From Bacteroidota bacterium (GTDB taxonomy: Bacteria > Bacteroidota > Bacteroidia > UKL13-3): a stretch of 64,000 nucleotides of DNA. Of this stretch, positions 1-9,664 are shown piece by piece. The translations under genes were made by a program, and so were the position numbers. Below the pieces are notes generated by a model. That model was not told the DNA's origin, searched no databases, and was given only the letters and a program-made list of their open reading frames with translations. How positions within the stretch are numbered: position 1 is the first letter of the stretch; every line of letters begins with the position of its first letter. The stretch lies in assembly GCA_030680835.1 (NCBI GenBank), contig JAUXUD010000014.1, forward strand, positions 18,965-82,964, read 5' to 3'.

Positions 1-1
1 A

Positions 2-388
2 GTTCCTGTTGCAGCGGTTGCGATGGGCGCAAGTGTAATTGAGAAACATTTCACATTGGATAAAAACATGGATGGCCCGGATCACAAAGCATCACTGGAG
101 CCCGGGGAATTGAAACAAATGGTTTCTGCCATCAGAAATATTGAAAAAGCAATGGGCGATGGGATCAAAAAGCCATCCCCCTCCGAAACAAAAAATATGG
201 TTATTGCCAGAAAAAGTATTCATCTGGTGAAAGCTTTTGATAAAGGTCACGTGCTAACCAAATCAGATCTTGTCATGAAGAGACCTGGTAATGGAATTTC
301 GCCAATGGAATATAACCAGGTTATCGGCAAAAAACTGTTAACTAATCTTGGCTCAGATCACATGCTCAATTGGGACGAATTAATATGA
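2..388 (+). CDS. neuB: N-acetylneuraminate/legionaminate synthase, C-terminal part (5' truncated by window edge)
   Basis: Frame open from base 2 (VPVAAVAMGASVIEKHFTLDK...GPDHKASLEP); C-terminal SAF/AFP-like domain ARKS...KRPGNGISP. Confidence 0.93.
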   Translation, partial: VPVAAVAMGASVIEKHFTLDKNMDGPDHKASLEPGELKQMVSAIRNIEKAMGDGIKKPSPSETKNMVIARKSIHLVKAFDKGHVLTKSDLVMKRPGNGISPMEYNQVIGKKLLTNLGSDHMLNWDELI

Positions 389-1488
389 AGATTGGTATTC
401 TCACCAGTTCCCGTGCTGATTATGGTATTTATTTACCACTGTTGAAAGCTCTATATGGTGACTCTTTTTTTAAACCTGAAATTATTGCTTTTGGAACCCA
501 TTTGTCTCCTGCATTTGGCAACACGGTGAAGGCTATAGAAGAAGATGGTTTTCTGGTACCGCATAAAATTGATACCATCCCTAATGGCGACCAGCCTGAA
601 AATATCAGCTATGCAATTGGTAAAACCGTAATCAATTTTTCTTCATTTTGGAAAGACAACCAGTTTGATCTGGTGTTCGCCCTTGGCGATCGTTACGAGA
701 TGTTTGCTGCAGTAATCTCGTCAGTTCCTTTTAATGTAAAAATTGCTCATATTCATGGAGGTGAAACTACATCCGGCGCCATTGATGATGCCTTTCGACA
801 TAGCATTACCCACATGTCATTCATCCATTTTACAAGTGCAGCACCTTATGCAAACCGGGTTAAAGAATTAATAGGATCGTTTAATCATGTATATAATGTT
901 GGTGCATTGAGTTTTGATAACCTGAAAAATATTACACTCTACAGCATTGCTGAATTCAGGGATAAATTTGGGGTCGACCTTACTAAACCTACCATCCTGA
1001 TCACGTTTCATCCTGAAACAATTGATTTTGAAAAAAATCGGGCATATGCTGCCGAACTTGTGGCAGCATTGAATCAAACCAAAGGATTCCAGTTTCTGAT
1101 TACAATGCCTAATTCTGATACCATGGGCAATATTATCAGAACATCTTTACAGGGATTTATTGAAAGAAATACGAACGCATTTGGTTTCGAAAACTTAGGA
1201 ATGATAGGATACTTATCGGCGATGAAACATTGCATAGTCATGATTGGAAATACGTCGAGCGGATGTATTGAAGCAAACTGGTTTCCAAAATGGGTTATTA
1301 ATTTGGGTAACAGGCAAAAGGGAAGAATAGAAACACCAAACAGGATCAATTGCGAAATAAAAAAAGAAATGATTGCGGAAAAACTTGCACTGATAAAACA
1401 AGCATCAATTCCTGAACATACCGATATTTACGGACATGGCAATAGTGCCTTTAAAATTGTGCAAATTATTAAACAAAATTATGCCTGA
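385..1488 (+). CDS. neuC: Hydrolysing UDP/GDP-N-acetyl-sugar 2-epimerase (NeuC/LegG)
   Basis: TSSRADYG, LGDRYE, HIHGGE, GAIDDAFRHSIT, GNRQKGR motifs; ATG at 385 overlaps the neuB TGA. Confidence 0.92.
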   Translation: MKIGILTSSRADYGIYLPLLKALYGDSFFKPEIIAFGTHLSPAFGNTVKAIEEDGFLVPHKIDTIPNGDQPENISYAIGKTVINFSSFWKDNQFDLVFALGDRYEMFAAVISSVPFNVKIAHIHGGETTSGAIDDAFRHSITHMSFIHFTSAAPYANRVKELIGSFNHVYNVGALSFDNLKNITLYSIAEFRDKFGVDLTKPTILITFHPETIDFEKNRAYAAELVAALNQTKGFQFLITMPNSDTMGNIIRTSLQGFIERNTNAFGFENLGMIGYLSAMKHCIVMIGNTSSGCIEANWFPKWVINLGNRQKGRIETPNRINCEIKKEMIAEKLALIKQASIPEHTDIYGHGNSAFKIVQIIKQNYA

Positions 1489-2527
1489 TTTCAAAAAGCA
1501 CATCATACATGAAAATGCACAAATCAGTGTAGCTCTGAATATGCTGAATGATTTAGGCGAAAATCTGACCCTTTTTGCAATAAACGAAAAGGAAGAATTG
1601 ACGGCTACCTTAACAGATGGCGATGTAAGAAGAGGCCTATTAAATGGATATGGTATTACGGAAAGTATCAGCAAAATAACAAATTCCAATTTCTTTTTTA
1701 TAAAGAAAGGTCATGAATCGCTTAGCGAAGTAATCCGGGCAAAACAAAAAGGGATACAGATTTTACCGATTGTAAATGATAAAATGAAAATCGTTAACAT
1801 GGTATTTTTTTCTGTTAACAAATCCTATCTCCCTCTGGATTGCCTGATTATGGCTGGAGGAGAAGGAATCAGACTACGGCCTTTGACAGAGCATTTACCA
1901 AAACCGATGTTAAAAATTGGAGATAAACCAATTATTGAGCATGGTATTGATATGCTGAAACAATATGGTATAGAAAATATTCAAATCAGTATTAATTATC
2001 TGGGAGATAAAGTCATCGAATATTTTGGAGATGGTACAAACAAGAATCTGAATATAAGTTATATCAGGGAAAATAAAAAACTGGGGACAATTGGATCGCT
2101 GAGTCTTGCAGATAATTTTACAAACGATGTTATTCTTGTTATGAATTCGGATTTACTTACAAACATAAATCTTGAGGATTTTTACCTGGACTTTATCAAT
2201 AAAAACGCAGATATGTCTGTTGCTTCCATACCCTATACTGTAAATATTCCATATGCAATTATGGACATACAAAATGAGAATATTGTTGGTTTAAAGGAAA
2301 AACCTAACCTTACATTTCAATCAAATGCAGGTATTTATTTAATTAAAAAGTTATTTATTGAAAAAATCCCATTGAATGAAGTCTATAATGCCACAGATTT
2401 AATAGAAAACTTAATAAGTAACAAAAATAAAGTAATCTACTACCCTATTTTAGGATACTGGCTGGATATAGGTAAAATGGATGATTTCAGGAAAGCTCAG
2501 GAAGACGTCAAACATATAAAATTATAA
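1481..2527 (+). CDS. CBS-domain sugar-phosphate nucleotidyltransferase (PtmE/LegX-like)
   Basis: N-terminal TDGDVRRGLL CBS region; MAGGEGIRLRPLT..PKPML; WLDIG; typical of legionaminic acid clusters. Confidence 0.88.
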   Translation: MPDFKKHIIHENAQISVALNMLNDLGENLTLFAINEKEELTATLTDGDVRRGLLNGYGITESISKITNSNFFFIKKGHESLSEVIRAKQKGIQILPIVNDKMKIVNMVFFSVNKSYLPLDCLIMAGGEGIRLRPLTEHLPKPMLKIGDKPIIEHGIDMLKQYGIENIQISINYLGDKVIEYFGDGTNKNLNISYIRENKKLGTIGSLSLADNFTNDVILVMNSDLLTNINLEDFYLDFINKNADMSVASIPYTVNIPYAIMDIQNENIVGLKEKPNLTFQSNAGIYLIKKLFIEKIPLNEVYNATDLIENLISNKNKVIYYPILGYWLDIGKMDDFRKAQEDVKHIKL

Positions 2528-3240
2528 TGTCTGAAATCAGCGATACCTTATTTGTTATAACTGCCAGAGGAGGGTCAAAAGGAATTCCTAAAAAAAATAG
2601 CAAACTACTGGCCGGAAAGCCACTTATTTGTTACTCAATAGATATTGCCAGACAGCTAGCCATTGATGCAGATATATGCGTAAGTACTGATAGCAATGAA
2701 ATCATGGAGATAGTTACCCAATATGGATTGAAAGTGCCATTCATCAGGCCTTCCGAACTGGCCCAGGATACATCTGGCTCACAAGAGGTACTCATTCATT
2801 GCCTGGATTTCTATAAATCCATAGGTAAAAATTACACGAAACTGGTATTACTTCAACCTACCTCACCATTTCGCACCATTCAGCAAACCAGAGAGGCAAT
2901 TGCTCTTTTTGATAATACACTTGATATGGTTGTTTCCGTAAAAGAAAGCGACACAAACCCCTATTATAATTTATTTGAACCAGATGCCTGTGGCCTGTTA
3001 ATAAAAAGCAAAACAGGTTATTATACCAGACGACAGGATTGCCCTGTCGTCTATCAATACAATGGAGCTATATATGTCATCAACACAAACTCTATTTATC
3101 GAACTCCGATGAGTCAATTTAAAAAGGTAAAAGGTTTTATGATGGATGAATTAACATCATTGGATATTGATAATCCACTCGATTGGAATTGGGCAGAATT
3201 CTTAATCGAAAACAACCTCGTACTAATCAAAAATCTATAG
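2527..3240 (+). CDS. neuA: CMP-nonulosonic acid synthetase (acylneuraminate cytidylyltransferase)
   Basis: ARGGSKGIPKKN, LLQPTSPFR, RRQD, NGAIY, SLDID motifs. Confidence 0.92.
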   Translation: MSEISDTLFVITARGGSKGIPKKNSKLLAGKPLICYSIDIARQLAIDADICVSTDSNEIMEIVTQYGLKVPFIRPSELAQDTSGSQEVLIHCLDFYKSIGKNYTKLVLLQPTSPFRTIQQTREAIALFDNTLDMVVSVKESDTNPYYNLFEPDACGLLIKSKTGYYTRRQDCPVVYQYNGAIYVINTNSIYRTPMSQFKKVKGFMMDELTSLDIDNPLDWNWAEFLIENNLVLIKNL

Positions 3241-4091
3241 TGGGCAATGTAAGGATAATACCCAGGCTTGATATAAAAGGCCCTAACCTGGTAAAGGGAA
3301 TCCACTTGGAAGGGTTACGCGTTTTAGGGAAACCAGAATACTTTGCGAAATACTATTATGAAAATGGTGCTGATGAACTGATATTTCAGGATGTTGTCGC
3401 TAGTTTGTATGAAAGAAACAGCTTGCATGAAATAATTTCAAGAACTGCTAGAGAAATATATATCCCGCTTACTGTTGGAGGAGGGCTTCGCACCCTTGAT
3501 GATATTAAAGAAGTTCTGCGAGCAGGAGCCGATAAAGTTTCACTGAATACAGCAGCAATTAAAAATCCGCAGATCATTAAAGATGCCTCCAGAAAATTTG
3601 GGTCATCAACTATTGTTATTGCCATTGAAGCTATAAAACAACCTGATGGTGAGTATTTTGCCTTTATTGATAATGGCAGGGAAGAAACAGGAATTGAAGT
3701 GGTTAAATGGGCAGAACAAGTTGAAGAATTTGGGGCTGGCGAAATTCTCATCACCTCCGTTGACAGAGAAGGTACGGGGGAAGGATTTGATATTGAACTG
3801 ATCAAAAAAATTTCATCCGCAGTTAAAATACCGGTAATCGCACACGGTGGAGCTGCCGATCCCTGTAATATTAAAAAGGCAATTATTGAAGGGGGGGCAG
3901 ATGCTCTGGCAATCGCCTCAATATTTCATTATGCTTCGATGACTAAAATTTTATCAGGTTCTAAAAGTAAGGAGGAAGGGAACATGTCATTCCTCCAGAG
4001 TGGTAGGAAGTTTGGAATCATCGAACATTCAGACATCAAAAAAGTTAAAACCTTACTTAAAGAAAATAGTATCCCATGCAGACCAATTTAA
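3240..4091 (+). CDS. hisF: HisF-like cyclase paralogue of the sugar acetamidino-modification module (WbuZ-like)
   Basis: RIIPRLDIKGPNLVKG, PLTVGGG, GADKV, GAGEI..SVDREGT; GTG start overlapping the neuA stop; lies within a polysaccharide locus. Confidence 0.88.
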   Translation: MGNVRIIPRLDIKGPNLVKGIHLEGLRVLGKPEYFAKYYYENGADELIFQDVVASLYERNSLHEIISRTAREIYIPLTVGGGLRTLDDIKEVLRAGADKVSLNTAAIKNPQIIKDASRKFGSSTIVIAIEAIKQPDGEYFAFIDNGREETGIEVVKWAEQVEEFGAGEILITSVDREGTGEGFDIELIKKISSAVKIPVIAHGGAADPCNIKKAIIEGGADALAIASIFHYASMTKILSGSKSKEEGNMSFLQSGRKFGIIEHSDIKKVKTLLKENSIPCRPI

Positions 4092-4104
4092 TTATAAATA
4101 ATAA

Positions 4105-4773
4105 ATGAGTTCGAAAGTTGTCATTGTAGATTACGGACTCGGAAATATATTTAGCATCAATCAGGCATGTAAACATGTGGGTTTGGATTCTACAATAACT
4201 TCAGACCCTAAGCACATATTAAACGCAGATGCACTAATTCTGCCTGGTGTTGGGGCCTTTGGTGATGCTATGAATAGCTTGAGAGAAAATAACCTGATAG
4301 AACCGATTCTTGATTTTGTAAAAACTGGTAAACCTTTTTTAGGAATCTGCCTTGGGATGCAATTATTATTTACCGAAAGCGAAGAATTCGGGGAACATAA
4401 AGGATTAAATCTTGTACCGGGGAAAATTGTCCGCTTTCCTGAATTCAATTCAAATTCAAAGGTAGTTCGTGTTCCGCAGATCCAATGGAACCAGATATAT
4501 AAAAATGATCCACTCGTGTGGAATTCCTCTCCCCTAATTGATATCGAAGAAGGTACCTATATGCATTTTGTGCATTCATATTATGCCATACCGCAAAGCA
4601 ATGATAATATCTTATCCTATAGTGAATACGAAGGTGTCAGATACGCGTCAGCTGTAGCTAAAGACAACATTGTTGGCGTACAGTTCCATCCTGAAAAAAG
4701 TGCGGATCAGGGACTCAAAATATACCGGAACTGGTCCAATTATATTAAAAATAAAGTATATCGCTTATGTTAA
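4105..4773 (+). CDS. hisH: HisH-like glutamine amidotransferase (WbuY-like)
   Basis: DYGLGN, LPGVGAF, GICLGMQ, FVHSYY, QFHPEKS catalytic motifs. Confidence 0.9.
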   Translation: MSSKVVIVDYGLGNIFSINQACKHVGLDSTITSDPKHILNADALILPGVGAFGDAMNSLRENNLIEPILDFVKTGKPFLGICLGMQLLFTESEEFGEHKGLNLVPGKIVRFPEFNSNSKVVRVPQIQWNQIYKNDPLVWNSSPLIDIEEGTYMHFVHSYYAIPQSNDNILSYSEYEGVRYASAVAKDNIVGVQFHPEKSADQGLKIYRNWSNYIKNKVYRLC

Positions 4774-6008
4774 AAACAGAAGTACCAGAAGTAAAATACG
4801 GTTTACCCCGTGAAGTTAAATTCTGCAAAAAGTGTGTGATGTCGAATCAGCGTCCCGCATCAGAAATTGAATTCAAACACAATATTAACACCAAAAAGAA
4901 AACGCTTAATTTTGATGAAGAAGGTGTTTGTGATGCCTGCCGTCATGGGGAAGAAAAAGAAAAGATTAATTGGCAAAAAAGAGAAGAAGAGCTGCTTATG
5001 CTGCTGGATAAACACAGAAGTAAAAATGGCTCTTATGATTGTATGGTTCCCGGAAGCGGAGGCAAAGACAGTGCAATGCAGGCTCATATCTTAAAATATA
5101 AATACGGAATGAATCCGCTTACTATAACCTGGCCTCCGATTCTATATACCGACTACGGTTATAAAAACTGGAAAAACTGGATCAACAGTGGATTCGATAA
5201 TGTTACCTTTACCCCTAACGGCAAAGTAATGAATCTGCTAACTAAATTATCCATTGAAAATTTAATGCATCCGTTTCAGACTTTTATGCTGGGACAGAAA
5301 AACCTGGCTCCCAAACTTGCATTAAAATATGATATACCGCTTATATTTTATGGGGAAAATGAAGCTGAATATGGAAATCCAATCGCAGATAATGCTTCCT
5401 CACTCCGGGATAAATCTTATTACGCCATCAGCAATTTGGATGATATCTATCTGGGCGGTGTTTCGATAAAAGAATTGAAAGAAAAATATGCTTTAACCAA
5501 TCTTGATCTGAGTGCATTTCTTCCTGCTGATTCAACCGAACTTGCAAAATCAAATATAGAAGTACATTATCTTGGTTACTATATAAAATGGATCCCACAA
5601 GAATCCTATTACTATGCAGTAGAACATACAGGTTTCAAGGCGCGTCCATTCAGAACTCAGGGCACATACAGTAAATATAACAGCATCGACGATAAGATTG
5701 ATGATCTTCATTATTATACCACATTTATCAAATTCGGTATCGGTAGGGCTACGTATGATGCTTCTCAGGAAATTCGTAATATGCACTTAACAAGGGAAGA
5801 AGGGGTTGCTTTAGTAAAGAAATTTGACGGAGAATTTCCGGACAGATATTTTAATGAGATCATGGACTATATCGGTATGAAATCCGAAAGATTTCATGAA
5901 TTGTGTGATCAGTTCAGGTCTCCTCATTTGTGGGCCAAAAGTGATACAGGAGAATGGAAATTGAGGCATAATGTATCTGGCACTGGTGTTGATGATTTAA
6001 AAAGGTAA
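4767..6008 (+). CDS. N-acetyl sugar amidotransferase (WbuX/PseA/PtmG family)
   Basis: CKKC...CDAC zinc motif, PP-loop SGGKDS, KFGIGRAT, TREEG..LVKKFDGEFP. Confidence 0.9.
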   Translation: MLKTEVPEVKYGLPREVKFCKKCVMSNQRPASEIEFKHNINTKKKTLNFDEEGVCDACRHGEEKEKINWQKREEELLMLLDKHRSKNGSYDCMVPGSGGKDSAMQAHILKYKYGMNPLTITWPPILYTDYGYKNWKNWINSGFDNVTFTPNGKVMNLLTKLSIENLMHPFQTFMLGQKNLAPKLALKYDIPLIFYGENEAEYGNPIADNASSLRDKSYYAISNLDDIYLGGVSIKELKEKYALTNLDLSAFLPADSTELAKSNIEVHYLGYYIKWIPQESYYYAVEHTGFKARPFRTQGTYSKYNSIDDKIDDLHYYTTFIKFGIGRATYDASQEIRNMHLTREEGVALVKKFDGEFPDRYFNEIMDYIGMKSERFHELCDQFRSPHLWAKSDTGEWKLRHNVSGTGVDDLKR

Positions 6009-6023
6009 AATAATTATTATAAA

Positions 6024-7040
6024 ATGAATGTTGTTATATTAGGATCTGGCAGAATGGGCATCAGACATGCGCAAGGTATTTGCGATATACCTCAATTAAA
6101 CTCACTTTTTTTGGTAGATAAATTTGAAGACGCCCTAACTAATGCAAAGGAATCATTAAAAAACCAGACCGAATTTTCAAAAATAAGTTTCGTATTACTT
6201 GAAGATTTTATCCATTCAGGTGAAAAATTTGATATTGGAATTCTTGCAGCAACATCGCAGAACAGACTGGGAAATTGTCGCCTGCTTGTCAATAAAGGTG
6301 TAAAACACATTCTGGTTGAAAAACCTCTTGGACAAAGCATTTCAGAAGTAATCGAGCTTATCACATTTTTTGATCAAAATCCGGATATTAAAGGGTATGT
6401 TAATCTAAACATGCGATTGTATGAATCTTTCAAAGAATTGAAAAACGACCTTCAAACATTAACTCAATTTAAAGGAGAAAAAAATATTACAGTCAATACA
6501 GGGACGCTTGGTATTGGTGCCAATGGAATCCATTACCTGGATTTGTTATTCTTTTTATTCGATGCCGATGATGCAGAAATACAGTCATGTGAAATAGACC
6601 CTCAAACCATACCAAGTGGCCGTGGTCTTGAGTTTGCCGATTTTGGAGGATGGGCAGTAATCAGATTCTTTAAAAACCAGGAAATACTGGGAAGAGCTTT
6701 AATTTCAATTTCTGCCCGTAGCACAGTTTTTGGCGGGTGGGATATTGTGGGTAGTCATGGAAGAATTTTACTGGACGAAATTCAACAAAAGCGCATTGAT
6801 ATTTTGCGTAAAGCTGATAGTTCAATGCCTATAAGCCGATACGCCGCAGATTACTTACAACCTCTTGAAAAAAAAATCGAGTCCCCGTTTCTTGGTGAAC
6901 TAACAAAAGTATGGTTAGAAAATTTAATAAAAGGGAATGCAGTTTTGCCAGAAATAAAAGAATCACAAAAGGTGCATAAACTAATATTCGAATGGCTTTC
7001 TGCATCAAAAATATATAAGGATTTATTCCCAATTACATAA
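6024..7040 (+). CDS. Gfo/Idh/MocA family oxidoreductase
   Basis: GSGRMG Rossmann motif, LVEKP, HYLDL. Confidence 0.85.
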   Translation: MNVVILGSGRMGIRHAQGICDIPQLNSLFLVDKFEDALTNAKESLKNQTEFSKISFVLLEDFIHSGEKFDIGILAATSQNRLGNCRLLVNKGVKHILVEKPLGQSISEVIELITFFDQNPDIKGYVNLNMRLYESFKELKNDLQTLTQFKGEKNITVNTGTLGIGANGIHYLDLLFFLFDADDAEIQSCEIDPQTIPSGRGLEFADFGGWAVIRFFKNQEILGRALISISARSTVFGGWDIVGSHGRILLDEIQQKRIDILRKADSSMPISRYAADYLQPLEKKIESPFLGELTKVWLENLIKGNAVLPEIKESQKVHKLIFEWLSASKIYKDLFPIT

Positions 7041-7076
7041 GCAATATCAATAGATACCAGCAACACCAAGAATCAA

Positions 7077-7772
7077 TTGCAGACAATCAATTTCAATAAA
7101 TCTTTTATCAGATGGCGGTTAAAAAATGACTTGTACGGAAGATTTAATATTGAAGCCTGTTGCAGTGTGATAAACATAATAACTTCAACACAGATTGATT
7201 ATTATTTATTAAGTAGTGTTTTAGCTTGCAAGGTATTATCAGGAAAAGATATGTTACATGATCCCGAATACCTTTTTCAAGCCATATTTTCAGAAAGGGA
7301 CTTTAAAATATTCCGCATCAACAACGCTACCGGAGGCATACGGGATACAAACGGTCTGAATATAGAAAACTTCGAAGAAATAAAAGTTCATTTAACACAT
7401 ACTGATTCAAAAAAATTGAATACTCCAAAAGAAATTTATTTAGCAGTTTTTGATCAAAAATCTTTAAACGCTCAGGTATTTTTCAAAATTGGGGAAATAA
7501 AATACGAACTCAGGTTTCCGGTAAAACACATTAACGTACGTTCAACCGATGATAACTGGCAGGTGGAAACCGGACCTGTACTTATGCCTTTCCTGAATCA
7601 TAAATCAGAAGTAAACGCTAATCATTTCCTTCCGGCTTTTATTGCGTTGAATCACAATGGCATTTTTGACTATGCGACTTTTGAAGAAGAAAAGCTGCAC
7701 AATTACTCCACAAGATTTTATCATAAAAAGGAATCATTGAAAGTTGAATCTCAATTACAAATTATTGAATAA
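7077..7772 (+). CDS. Hypothetical protein
   Basis: 231-aa ORF (TTG start) filling the gap between two oxidoreductases; no motif recognised. Confidence 0.6.
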   Translation: MQTINFNKSFIRWRLKNDLYGRFNIEACCSVINIITSTQIDYYLLSSVLACKVLSGKDMLHDPEYLFQAIFSERDFKIFRINNATGGIRDTNGLNIENFEEIKVHLTHTDSKKLNTPKEIYLAVFDQKSLNAQVFFKIGEIKYELRFPVKHINVRSTDDNWQVETGPVLMPFLNHKSEVNANHFLPAFIALNHNGIFDYATFEEEKLHNYSTRFYHKKESLKVESQLQIIE

Positions 7773-7775
7773 ATT

Positions 7776-8714
7776 ATGATCTGGATTATTGGAACAGGAC
7801 TTATGAGCAGGGAATACGCTAAGGTTCTAAAAGCATTAAATAAGGAGTTCATTGCAATAGGAAAAGGAGAAGAAAATTGTGCTCTATTTGAAAAAGAATA
7901 TAGTGTAAAGACAATAAGAGGTGGACTCAATGATTTTCTAAAAACAAAACCTCCTATTCCGGAATCTGTAATTGTTGGAGTTGGAATTGAAGCACTCACT
8001 GAAACAACCATTGCTCTGTTAAATTACGGTATAGGAAAAATTCTTCTCGAAAAACCAGGAGTGGGGTATGCTTCGGAAATAACTGCTGTTTCAGAACTCG
8101 TAAAAGAGCAAAATGCTCACGTCTTACTTGCATATAACAGGAGATTTTACTCCTCTGTTATACAAGCACAAAAAATAATAAAAGATGATGGCGGAGTGGT
8201 TTCATTCAATTTTGAATTTACCGAATGGTCGCACTTAATACGAAACTTAAAGAAGCATAAAACAGAACATCACAATTGGTTCCTGGGAAACTCTACACAT
8301 GTTATTGATACTGCCTTCTATCTTGGTGGTAACCCTAAAGAATTATGTGCTTTTTTCAAAGGTGGTCTAGACTGGCATCCTGCTTCATCTGTTTTTGCAG
8401 GTGCAGGGGTGAGTGAAAACAATGCCTTATTTTCTTACCAGGCAAATTGGGAAGGTCCGGGGCGTTGGGTTATTGAATTGATTACACCCATTCACCGGCT
8501 TATTTTCAAACCTATGGAGACCCTTCAAATCCAAAATATAGGAAGTGTTGCAGTTGAGCCAGTATTAGTTGACGATCATTTAGATAAAGAATTCAAACCC
8601 GGTATCTATTTACAAACAGAAACTTTTATAAAAGGTGATTATTCGAGGTTCTGTTCTGTTCAGGATCAAAAAAATATGATTGAAAAATATTATAATAAAA
8701 TGAGTGGTTATTGA
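7776..8714 (+). CDS. Gfo/Idh/MocA family oxidoreductase
   Basis: IGTGLM, LLEKP, AYNRRFY, HVID. Confidence 0.85.
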   Translation: MIWIIGTGLMSREYAKVLKALNKEFIAIGKGEENCALFEKEYSVKTIRGGLNDFLKTKPPIPESVIVGVGIEALTETTIALLNYGIGKILLEKPGVGYASEITAVSELVKEQNAHVLLAYNRRFYSSVIQAQKIIKDDGGVVSFNFEFTEWSHLIRNLKKHKTEHHNWFLGNSTHVIDTAFYLGGNPKELCAFFKGGLDWHPASSVFAGAGVSENNALFSYQANWEGPGRWVIELITPIHRLIFKPMETLQIQNIGSVAVEPVLVDDHLDKEFKPGIYLQTETFIKGDYSRFCSVQDQKNMIEKYYNKMSGY

Positions 8715-8722
8715 TAAAAAAT

Positions 8723-9580
8723 ATGAATAAAATAGAAGAATCGACTCAATGGGACCTCATTCTCACCCCGCAAAAGGGGTGGTTCAAACTTGATTTAGGG
8801 GCAATTTGGAGGTATCGGGACCTGCTGATGCTGCTTGTTCGACGAGATATAGTTGCTTTTTACAAGCAGACCATCTTTGGTCCGCTCTGGTATTTTATCC
8901 AGCCGGTATTCACCACCATTGTATTTACTTTTATATTTGGTAAATTAGCTAAACTTTCTACCGATGGACTCCCTCAATCTGTGTTTTATCTCGTTGGAAT
9001 TACTGCATGGAACTATTTTTCAGACTGCTTAATAAAAACATCTACCGTCTTCAGGGATAATCAGGCAATATTCGGTAAGGTTTATTTTCCAAGGATAATA
9101 AGTCCGTTAAGTATTGTTGTTTCCAATCTGCTGAGGTTTGCAATTCAACTTGTCCTTTTGTTAGGTTTAATAATCTATTTTTATTTTCAGGGAGTCATAT
9201 TTCCCATAGGCTGGAATATCTTCTTGTTTCCTGTATTTATTTTGTTTATGGCTATGCAGGGGCTCGGCCTTGGAATGATGGTTACTGCCATGACAAATAA
9301 ATACAAGGACCTATCCATTCTTGTTCCATTTGGTATGCAACTTTTGATGTATGCCACAACAGTTATTTATCCACTTTCCAGTCTCAGTGGAAATATGTAC
9401 CGCATCGTTGCGCTTAATCCCATGACTTATGTCATTGAAGGCATAAAAGCCAGTACGCTTGGTGTTGGCGTACTCACCTTCCAAACTTTTACCTATTCAT
9501 TTCTTGTCTCCGTATTCATCCTTAGCATCGGATATATTATATTTAATAAAGCGGAAAAATCATTTATTGATACCATTTAG
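8723..9580 (+). CDS. wzm: Polysaccharide ABC transporter permease
   Basis: WRYRDLL..LVRRD..YKQT..GPLW..IQP, KVYFPR, NPMT; multiple TM segments; ATG at 8723 preferred over TTG at 8711. Confidence 0.92.
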   Translation: MNKIEESTQWDLILTPQKGWFKLDLGAIWRYRDLLMLLVRRDIVAFYKQTIFGPLWYFIQPVFTTIVFTFIFGKLAKLSTDGLPQSVFYLVGITAWNYFSDCLIKTSTVFRDNQAIFGKVYFPRIISPLSIVVSNLLRFAIQLVLLLGLIIYFYFQGVIFPIGWNIFLFPVFILFMAMQGLGLGMMVTAMTNKYKDLSILVPFGMQLLMYATTVIYPLSSLSGNMYRIVALNPMTYVIEGIKASTLGVGVLTFQTFTYSFLVSVFILSIGYIIFNKAEKSFIDTI

Positions 9581-9664
9581 GCAGATGCCCAGTCATCACT
9601 TATGAAGTGGTAGCATTATATTCTTTCTGAGCAATAACTATAATAACCTACAAAAAAAAACTAA

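Noticed and set aside
3891..3897. G7 tract in the hisF paralogue as a phase-variation switch
   Set aside because: The tract is short, the gene is in frame, and it encodes the ordinary GGA of GGADA.
3240..4773. hisF/hisH as histidine biosynthesis genes
   Set aside because: They are adjacent to an N-acetyl sugar amidotransferase in a glycan locus, with no other his genes.
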